From an uncultured Gemmatimonadaceae bacterium (GTDB taxonomy: Bacteria > Gemmatimonadota > Gemmatimonadetes > Gemmatimonadales > Gemmatimonadaceae), in contig CAVVTZ010000007.1 of the NCBI GenBank assembly GCA_963751275.1, positions 480,001 through 544,000 of the forward strand: a stretch of 64,000 nucleotides of DNA. The letters run 5' to 3'. The translations under genes and the position numbers were made by a program. Shown here one piece after another: positions 57,308 through 64,000 of the stretch (its first letter is position 1; each line of letters begins with the position of its first letter). A model generated the notes under the pieces. It was not told where the DNA came from. It did no database searches and saw only the letters and a list, made by a program, of their open reading frames with translations.

Positions 57308-57936
57308 TCGCCACGTGGGTCCTCGTCGCGCTGACGAAATTGCTGAGCAGCGCGCGAGTGCAGTGGGTGGGCGTCGCGCCGTCGGAGCGGCAGCGGGTGT
57401 ACGTCGCGAACCACTCGAGCCATCTCGATTTCATCGTGCTCTGGAGCTCGCTGCCGGCGGCGCTGCGCGAGCGCACGCGGCCCGTGGCCGGCCGTGATTA
57501 CTGGGAGCGCGGCGCGATCCGGCGTTACCTCGCCGCGCGCGTGTTCAAGGCCGTGCTCATCGATCGCCCCCCGCCGGCGGACGCCGCCGACGGCTCGCGG
57601 GCCATGGCGGCGCGCGCGGCCATCGACACCATGGCCGCCGCGCTCACTGTTGGCAGCTCACTCATCCTGTTCCCGGAGGGCACGCGCGGCACAGGCGCCG
57701 AGATCGCGCCCTTCCGTGCCGGACTCTATCACCTCGCGCTGCGCCAACCCGAAGCGGAGATCGTCCCCGTGTATCTCGCGAACCTGAACCGCATTCTGCC
57801 GAAGGGCGAGCTGCTCCCCGCGCCGCTGCTGAGCCGCGTGACCTTCGGCCCCGCGCTCACGCTCGCGCCGGAGGAATCGAAGGACGCGTTCCTCGCGCGC
57901 GCGCGCGCCGCCCTCGTGCGGCTGAGGGACGCATGA
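57304..57936 (+). CDS. Lysophospholipid acyltransferase (PlsC family)
   Basis: ANHSSHLD, FPEGTRG. Confidence 0.92.
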   Translation: MIATWVLVALTKLLSSARVQWVGVAPSERQRVYVANHSSHLDFIVLWSSLPAALRERTRPVAGRDYWERGAIRRYLAARVFKAVLIDRPPPADAADGSRAMAARAAIDTMAAALTVGSSLILFPEGTRGTGAEIAPFRAGLYHLALRQPEAEIVPVYLANLNRILPKGELLPAPLLSRVTFGPALTLAPEESKDAFLARARAALVRLRDA

Positions 57937-58877
57937 CGCCCTGGCACGATGCGGCGCTGCGCGAGCTGCTCGAAGGCATCTTCGGGCTGCTGATCGTGGC
58001 CTCCATCGCCGGCTTCGTGCTCTCGCGCACGGCGAAGAGCGAGAAGGGGCGCGCCACGGTGAGCAACATGAACGCGCGCATCCGCGCGTGGTGGGTGATG
58101 TGCGCCGTGTTCGGCGTCGCGATCATGACCGGCGGCGCCGGCTCGCTCGTGATGTTCACCTTCCTCTCGCTGCTCGCCTTGCGCGAGTACATGACCATCG
58201 CCCCCACGCGGCCCGGCGACGCGCACATCATCTTCTGGAGCTTCTTCCTCTTCACGCCGCTCCAGTACTATTTCATTTGGATCGACTGGTACGGGCTGTA
58301 CTCGATCTTCCTGCCGGTGTACGCGCTCATCTTCATCGCGGTGGTCGCCGCGACGTCGGGTGACACGAAGGATTTCCTCGAGCGCACCGGCGTGATCACC
58401 TGGGGGCTCATGGCCTGCGTCTACTGCCTGAGCTACGCGCCGGCGCTGCTCTTCCTGCCGATCAAGGGCTACGTGGGCGACGCGAAGCTGCTGCTCTTCC
58501 TCGTGCTCGTGGGGCAGATCAGCGATGTCTTCCAGTACATCTTCGGCAAGACGCTCGGCAAGCATCCCATCGCGCCCAAGGTGAGCCCGAACAAGACGTG
58601 GGAGGGATTCATCGGCGGCGTGGCCACCGCGACGCTCGTGGGCGCGGCGATCTGGTGGGCGACGCCCTTCACGCCGCTCATCGCCGGCGCCATGGCGCTC
58701 GCGATCGCGCTGCTCGGCTTCGCGGGCGGGCTCATCATGAGCGCCATCAAGCGCGACCGCGGCGTGAAGGACTTCGGGGCGATCATCGAGGGGCACGGCG
58801 GCGTGCTCGACCGCATCGATTCCCTCTGCTTCTCGGCGCCGGTGTTCTTCCACCTCACGCGGTACTTCTATGCCTGA
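57933..58877 (+). CDS. Phosphatidate cytidylyltransferase (YnbB/CdsA-like)
   Basis: RIRAWW, SDVFQY..GK, SPNKTWEG, SAIKRDRGVKD..GHGGVLDRIDS. Confidence 0.92.
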   Translation: MTPWHDAALRELLEGIFGLLIVASIAGFVLSRTAKSEKGRATVSNMNARIRAWWVMCAVFGVAIMTGGAGSLVMFTFLSLLALREYMTIAPTRPGDAHIIFWSFFLFTPLQYYFIWIDWYGLYSIFLPVYALIFIAVVAATSGDTKDFLERTGVITWGLMACVYCLSYAPALLFLPIKGYVGDAKLLLFLVLVGQISDVFQYIFGKTLGKHPIAPKVSPNKTWEGFIGGVATATLVGAAIWWATPFTPLIAGAMALAIALLGFAGGLIMSAIKRDRGVKDFGAIIEGHGGVLDRIDSLCFSAPVFFHLTRYFYA

Positions 58878-60138
58878 CCAGCCCACCGCGATCGCGCGTG
58901 CGCCGTGGATGCCGGCCACGCTCTTCGCGCTCGCCGCGGGCGCGTGCCTGCTGCTCGGGAGCCGAGACGTCGCGCATTGGCAGCCGCCCTTCTTCGAGGC
59001 GGCGGTTCTGCTCGGTGTGATCTCGGGCGGCCTCGCGGTGCGGTCGCGAGTCGCGCGGTGGATGGCAGCACTCGTCAGTTGGGCGATGATCGTGCTGATG
59101 GCCGTGGTCGTCATCGCGATCGCGCGCGAGCTCGCCCACGACATGCACTCCAGCAATGGACTCGAGGCGCTCCTGGCGAAGGTGGGGTGGCTGTTACTGA
59201 TCGTGCCCATCGCGGTCGGCGCCGGTTTCGGCCTCTTCGCCGCTGCGATGTTCGGCGCGACGGCGAAGGCGGCGTTCAACGAGCCTCGCTGGGATGCGTT
59301 CGTGGTGGGTGGCGTGTTAGTCGCGGGCTTCCTCGGCGCGCAGTGGTACCGCCGCGCCGATTATTACGGCGATCCCTGCCGCCACGGCGACCAGTACGCG
59401 TGCACCGAGTTCGCGAAGCTCGTGCCCGATCGCGCGGCGACCGTGCCGCGGGCCGAAGCGTTTTGCGACCGCGGCGACAGCGTGAGCGCGCCCGAAGCGT
59501 GCGCCGCGCTCGGATTCGCTGCGTGGAAGCGCCACGATTCGGCCGCGGCGATGACGTTGTTCGTGCAAGCGTGTGCCGCGCGACCGAGCGGCTATTGCTA
59601 CCGGGTCGCGCACGACCCGAACATCGGCCTGACGCCGGAACAGTCGGGTCGCTTGTACGCCATCGCGTGCCAGAGCGGCCAGCGCGCGAGCTGCGAAGGG
59701 CTCGGCAAGTCGCTGCGCGCCACCGGTGACATCGCCGGGGCGGAGGTGGCGCTCGACACGGCGTGCGCGCACGGCGAATTCTCCGCGTGCGAAACGCTCG
59801 GCGATCTGCGGCTCAAGAAGGGCGACACCGTGAACGCACTGGGCTCGCTCAAGACCGCGTGCGAATACAACGGCATGGGCTGCCGCAGCATCGCGTTCAT
59901 CGAGCGCGTACAAGGCAGCGCCGACGCCGATCGCTGGTACACGGAGGAGTGCCAGGGCAGTCCGCCCGGCGCGACGCGTGAGCACTGCTTGGCTGGCGGC
60001 GACCGCTACCTCGCGCAGGGAGATTCAGCGGCGGCGCGGCGCTACTTCCTGCGCGCGTGCACGTGGGGACTGCAGCCGGCGTGCGCGAAGCTCAAGCCCG
60101 TGCGCGAGAGCTACGACGTGCCGCGTCCCGGCCGCTAG
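58870..60138 (+). CDS. Membrane protein with Cys-rich Sel1-like repeats
   Basis: About 5 N-terminal TM helices; repeated A-C-x(6-8)-C-xx-LG units. Confidence 0.7.
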   Translation: MPDQPTAIARAPWMPATLFALAAGACLLLGSRDVAHWQPPFFEAAVLLGVISGGLAVRSRVARWMAALVSWAMIVLMAVVVIAIARELAHDMHSSNGLEALLAKVGWLLLIVPIAVGAGFGLFAAAMFGATAKAAFNEPRWDAFVVGGVLVAGFLGAQWYRRADYYGDPCRHGDQYACTEFAKLVPDRAATVPRAEAFCDRGDSVSAPEACAALGFAAWKRHDSAAAMTLFVQACAARPSGYCYRVAHDPNIGLTPEQSGRLYAIACQSGQRASCEGLGKSLRATGDIAGAEVALDTACAHGEFSACETLGDLRLKKGDTVNALGSLKTACEYNGMGCRSIAFIERVQGSADADRWYTEECQGSPPGATREHCLAGGDRYLAQGDSAAARRYFLRACTWGLQPACAKLKPVRESYDVPRPGR

Positions 60139-60788
60139 AACGTCACGGCGACGCCGAGCGTGACGATCGAACTCTGGATCGGCACGTCGCTCGTGATGCC
60201 GCCCGACGTTGTCTGGCGGTCGAGGCGGTCGAAGGAGAAATCGGCCGTGAACCGCAGGCGCCCCGCGTTCGGCGCATAGTAGGTGCTGAGGCCCAATTCG
60301 AGGGAGAACGGCGCCGAGCCGCCGCCCGAGAACTTCGCCGCCGCGAGATAATCCACGCGCGCCGCGATGCTCGCGCCGGGCGCGAGCGCGAACGCGATGC
60401 GCCCGCCAACCGGGATCACGCTCATCCCCTGCGCCGCGGTCGTCGGCGTGACGGTGCGCTGCAGGTATCCTGCTTCCACGCTCCACATGTCGCTGATGTA
60501 CCAGCGCGCGCGGCCGTCGAACTGTGTCATGTCGAAGGGCTCCGCGCCCGCCGACGACGCGGTGGGCGAGAAGGAGATGCGCATCAGACCGAGGTCGATG
60601 CCGTAGCTCCTCCACTTGCCTCCGAGCGAGATGGCGGGACCCCAGCCGGTGAATTCGAGACCCGGCCCCTGCTCCTGGTACGTGCCTCCCGCGGCCTGCA
60701 CGCCGGCGACGATCGCCTGTGCGCTCGCGGTGCCGGCGCTCAGACAGCCGAGCGCGATCGCGATGCGAACTGCGCGCGCGCTGCTCAC
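60135..60788 (-). CDS. Probable outer-membrane beta-barrel protein
   Basis: Signal peptide (ASAQA), amphipathic strands, C-terminal LGVAVTF. Confidence 0.65.
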   Translation of the reverse strand: MSSARAVRIAIALGCLSAGTASAQAIVAGVQAAGGTYQEQGPGLEFTGWGPAISLGGKWRSYGIDLGLMRISFSPTASSAGAEPFDMTQFDGRARWYISDMWSVEAGYLQRTVTPTTAAQGMSVIPVGGRIAFALAPGASIAARVDYLAAAKFSGGGSAPFSLELGLSTYYAPNAGRLRFTADFSFDRLDRQTTSGGITSDVPIQSSIVTLGVAVTF

Positions 60789-61822
60789 GGCCCGCCCGGC
60801 GTTTCGGCGAGCTCGGCGATCGTGAGCCGTACCTCGGTGCGGCGCCGTGCGTTCTCCTTCGCGATCTCCAAGTTCTGCTTCGCCAATTGCTCCTTCACCA
60901 AGTTGTTGTAGCGGATGTTCGCGGTGTTCGGCACGGGTGCGGGCTTCTGCGCCACGGCGAGTCCGCCCACGAGCAGCGCGCTGCCGCTTACGACTAGCAG
61001 CGGCGTCTGGGAGCCCGTGCCCAGCTTCGAGTCGTTGAGCGCGAGCGTCGCGCCGGCCACGCCGGCGGTGACGAGCGCGGCGATGCCGAGAGGCCGCCAA
61101 CTGCGCGGCGGCGCGACCATCTCCGGCAGGAATTCATAGCCGGGGAGCGACGTGAGATGCGGCAACGTGTCCACCGGCGACGCGACGATGCGCACGGAGA
61201 GCGTGCGCGAATAACTGTCCTGGCCGGTCGCCGCGTCCACCAGGATCCGATAGACGCCGGATGGCGGCGGCTTGCCGTCGCTCAGCAGCCCCTGCCAGTT
61301 GACGGTCGTGGTTCCCGAGATCACCGATGAATCGATGAGCGCCGCGCCGCCCGGCCCGGCGATCCGCACGCGCACGTGCGCCGGCACGGTGATGGTGAAG
61401 TCCACCGGGAGCGAACCGCTGCCGACGACGAACGACGTGCTATCCACGTGGAGGTGCCGCACGAGGAGGATCTGGCCGAGCGCGAGATTGAAGACGACGG
61501 TGATCTTCGGCGAGATGCGCCCCGGATCGAGGTCGCGGTCCGGATCCAGGAAGAGGAGCTTCTTGAACGCGTCGGAAGCCGGTTTCGTGCTGTCGAGCGC
61601 GGCGTACGAGAAGCCCAGCACTTCGTACGCGCGCGCGCGATCGCGAACGGACAGCGTCTCGCCCAGCGCGCGGTCGGCGAGCCGGATGGCTTGCGCGGGG
61701 TCCAGGTCATCGTACGCGGCGATCGCCTGCCTCAGCGTGACGTTGTCCTGTGCGTGCAGCGCCGTCGAAAGGGCCGCCAGCGCAACGAGGATCGCCGCCG
61801 CGATCGTGGCGGCGTGCTTCAT
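60785..61822 (-). CDS. Exported protein with TPR-like and FlgD-Ig-like regions
   Basis: Signal peptide; AYEVLGFSYAAL..AFKKLL..DPD..ISPKI; WQG..DGKPPPSGVYRI. Confidence 0.65.
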   Translation of the reverse strand: MKHAATIAAAILVALAALSTALHAQDNVTLRQAIAAYDDLDPAQAIRLADRALGETLSVRDRARAYEVLGFSYAALDSTKPASDAFKKLLFLDPDRDLDPGRISPKITVVFNLALGQILLVRHLHVDSTSFVVGSGSLPVDFTITVPAHVRVRIAGPGGAALIDSSVISGTTTVNWQGLLSDGKPPPSGVYRILVDAATGQDSYSRTLSVRIVASPVDTLPHLTSLPGYEFLPEMVAPPRSWRPLGIAALVTAGVAGATLALNDSKLGTGSQTPLLVVSGSALLVGGLAVAQKPAPVPNTANIRYNNLVKEQLAKQNLEIAKENARRRTEVRLTIAELAETPGGP

Positions 61823-63288
61823 GGGAGCGCGTCGAGGTGGGGGATCTTCCGGATCACGTTCGGGCCGTCCGGCTTGATCGTCTCGCGATACGTCTTGTAG
61901 CCATCGCGCTCGATGCGCAGATCGTAGCTGCGACCGACCTCGAGTTTGATGCCGAGCAGCGGCGTGACGCCCATCTCCTGGTTGTCGAGATAGACGGTGC
62001 CGTACGGCGTTGAGCCCACGTTGAGAGTGGCGAGTTCGGGCGCGGGGGCGGCGGCGGGGGTGGGCCGAGGCCGCGCCGGCCTCACGAGGGGAACGGCCGC
62101 CGGCGCGGGCGGCGGCGAAGGCGGCGCGATGGTGCCGCGCGCGCTGTCCGACGAAGCGGCCACATTCGTGACCGGCGGCGCGCTGTCGTGCTGGACGGCC
62201 CCCGGCACGGGCACGGCCGCGGCGGGCGCGGTCTGCCGCCGTGCGATCATCGCGCCGGCGAACGCCACGATCGCGAGCGCGCCCGCCCATCGTGCGATGC
62301 GCCAACGCCGGCTGCGCGCCAGGCTTCGCTCGTACTCGAGCGTCGCCGAGTGGCCCAACGGACCAGTGGCCGCCTCTGCCGCCACGGTCCGCGCGATCGA
62401 GCGGGCGCGCGTGCCGCTGCGCGACGAGCGCCCGCCGCGCGAGATGGCCGTCGAATGCTCGATCCCTTCGAGCGCCGCCGCGAATTCCTCCATCGTCGCG
62501 TAGCGCGCGCCGGGTTCCTTCGACATCGCGCGCGTGATCGCCTGCACCATCGCGCGCGGCGCGTCGGCGCGGCGCGGCGCGAGCGGCTTCGCCTCCTCGT
62601 AGATGTGACGGTGCAGCACCGAGTGCGCCACGTCGCCGGGGAAGGGCAGCTCGCCGGTGAGCATGTGGTAGCCCACGCACGCGAGCGCGTACTGGTCGGC
62701 GCGGCCGTCCACGGCGCTCCCCATCGCCTGCTCGGGCGCCATGTAATGCGGCGTGCCCACGATGATGCCGGTCTTCGTGATGCCGCTCGCCGTCTCCATC
62801 GCCTTGGAGATGCCGAAGTCGGTGAGGATCACGCGCTCGTCCGTGTCGATCATGATGTTCGCGGGCTTCACATCGCGATGCACCACGCCGCGCTGGTGCG
62901 CATGGCCCAGCGCCGCCGCGGCGTCCAGCAGCACGCGGAGCGTGAACTCCACATCGAGCGGCCGGCCATTCGCGAGCAGCGCATCGAGCGACTTCCCCGG
63001 CACGAACTTCATCACGAAGTAGTGCAGCCCGTTCTCGCTCTCGACGCGGTAGATCGGGATGATGTTCGGGTGATCGAGCTTGGCCGCGAGCTTCGCCTCC
63101 TGCTCGAAGCGCGAGATGAGCTTGTCGTCGGGCTCGAGGTCCGGCGGCAATACCTTGATGGCCACGGTGCGCTCCAGCGCCACGTCGCGCGCACGATAGA
63201 CCGACGCCATGCCGCCGGCGCCGAGCAGTTCGATGCCGGTGTAGCGGCCCGCGAGCGTGGCCGTGAGACGATCGAGCAGCGGGCTCAC
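61819..63288 (-). CDS. Hanks-type Ser/Thr kinase with TM helix and C-terminal PEGA-like domain
   Basis: LGAGGMASVY, VAIK, HRDVKPAN, DFG, GTPHYMAPE; PYGTVYLD..GVTPL. Confidence 0.93.
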   Translation of the reverse strand: MSPLLDRLTATLAGRYTGIELLGAGGMASVYRARDVALERTVAIKVLPPDLEPDDKLISRFEQEAKLAAKLDHPNIIPIYRVESENGLHYFVMKFVPGKSLDALLANGRPLDVEFTLRVLLDAAAALGHAHQRGVVHRDVKPANIMIDTDERVILTDFGISKAMETASGITKTGIIVGTPHYMAPEQAMGSAVDGRADQYALACVGYHMLTGELPFPGDVAHSVLHRHIYEEAKPLAPRRADAPRAMVQAITRAMSKEPGARYATMEEFAAALEGIEHSTAISRGGRSSRSGTRARSIARTVAAEAATGPLGHSATLEYERSLARSRRWRIARWAGALAIVAFAGAMIARRQTAPAAAVPVPGAVQHDSAPPVTNVAASSDSARGTIAPPSPPPAPAAVPLVRPARPRPTPAAAPAPELATLNVGSTPYGTVYLDNQEMGVTPLLGIKLEVGRSYDLRIERDGYKTYRETIKPDGPNVIRKIPHLDALP

Positions 63289-64000
63289 TTGCGGTGGCGC
63301 CGCTTTCGGGCGGCCGCGAACAGCGAATCGAAGTTCGTATACGGGCTGAACGAGCGGCGGCTCATGCTCGGCACCGGCGCGGAAGCAACGTCGGGAAGCG
63401 GCGTGAGCGCGCAGCTCGCGGATATCGTCATGCAAAGCGAATAGCGCGCCGGGACGCCCACCGAATCGTGAGCGACGAGATAATAATCGCCGGGCGCGAG
63501 CGACACCGAGAGCGACTTGTTCACGCCGCCGCCGGTCGCGCTCTGCAGGATCGAGAGCGGCACCGAAACGGTCGGAACGTTCAGGACATACAGATTGACC
63601 GAGGGGATCCCCGCCGTCGCGCTGGCGAAGAGCCGCGACGCCATTCGCACGGTCACGGTCTGCGCCGACGCGCCCGGCACATGGAATCGCAGCCAGTCCA
63701 GCCCGTACGCGTTGTCGATCGTGAGCGTGTCGCTGAACGTGGAGGTCAGATCGATCTTGAGCGCCGGACTTACGAAATTCGAATCGGCAATGTCGCAGGT
63801 GTTATCGCCGGCGAAGCGGTCGGGGTGCGTACCGTTCACTCCCGCGTACGCGCGGACGACGGCGAGTTCGTAGTTGCCGCGATCGACGAACAGCGAGACG
63901 AGGTCCGCGCCGCCCGGCGGCATCTTCGTGAACGCCACCTGGAATCCCGTGTTGATCTCCTCGCCCGGCGTGAACCCGTAGCCTTTGCAATTGTAATGCC
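63285..64000 (-). CDS. Hypothetical beta-rich (Ig/PPC-like) extracellular protein, 5' end outside window
   Basis: DWLRFHV..SLAPGDYYLV; stop overlaps the kinase start. Confidence 0.55.
   Translation of the reverse strand, partial: HYNCKGYGFTPGEEINTGFQVAFTKMPPGGADLVSLFVDRGNYELAVVRAYAGVNGTHPDRFAGDNTCDIADSNFVSPALKIDLTSTFSDTLTIDNAYGLDWLRFHVPGASAQTVTVRMASRLFASATAGIPSVNLYVLNVPTVSVPLSILQSATGGGVNKSLSVSLAPGDYYLVAHDSVGVPARYSLCMTISASCALTPLPDVASAPVPSMSRRSFSPYTNFDSLFAAARKRRHRK

Overview
High-GC bacterial chromosomal segment; gene content and style suggest Gemmatimonadota (inference). About 60 mostly housekeeping and envelope genes: M16/M24/M28 peptidases, dsbA-VKOR, acs, ppa, ctaA-ctaB, lptF-lptG-mlaE-mlaD, comEA-pilB-pilT-pilC, TolC-MFP-RND-YncE, queC-queE-queD, a phospholipid-transferase trio and a Ser/Thr kinase module. 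Several genes (acs, pilB/T/C, RND, queC, TonB receptor, SRPBCC, DUF748) have frameshifts that look like sequencing or consensus errors. I saw no rRNA, tRNA, CRISPR array or transposase. Most notable: (1) six intergenic 124-155 bp elements with shared ends (AACTGC..TTTGACAGGAT) and 8-10 nt sub-repeats; five are near-perfect foldbacks whose arms differ between copies but stay complementary within each copy; there are also 4x7-nt repeat tracts; (2) a seven-gene cluster (DUF92, B12 radical SAM, FAD oxidoreductase, flavin reductase, methyltransferase, SRPBCC cyclase, FabF-like KS) that may make an undescribed aromatic lipid or quinone; (3) a SpeD homolog with Cys at the pyruvoyl-forming Ser; (4) a small protein resembling a COX2 transmembrane helix at the head of ctaA-ctaB. 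Family assignments come from motif recognition only; no searches were run.
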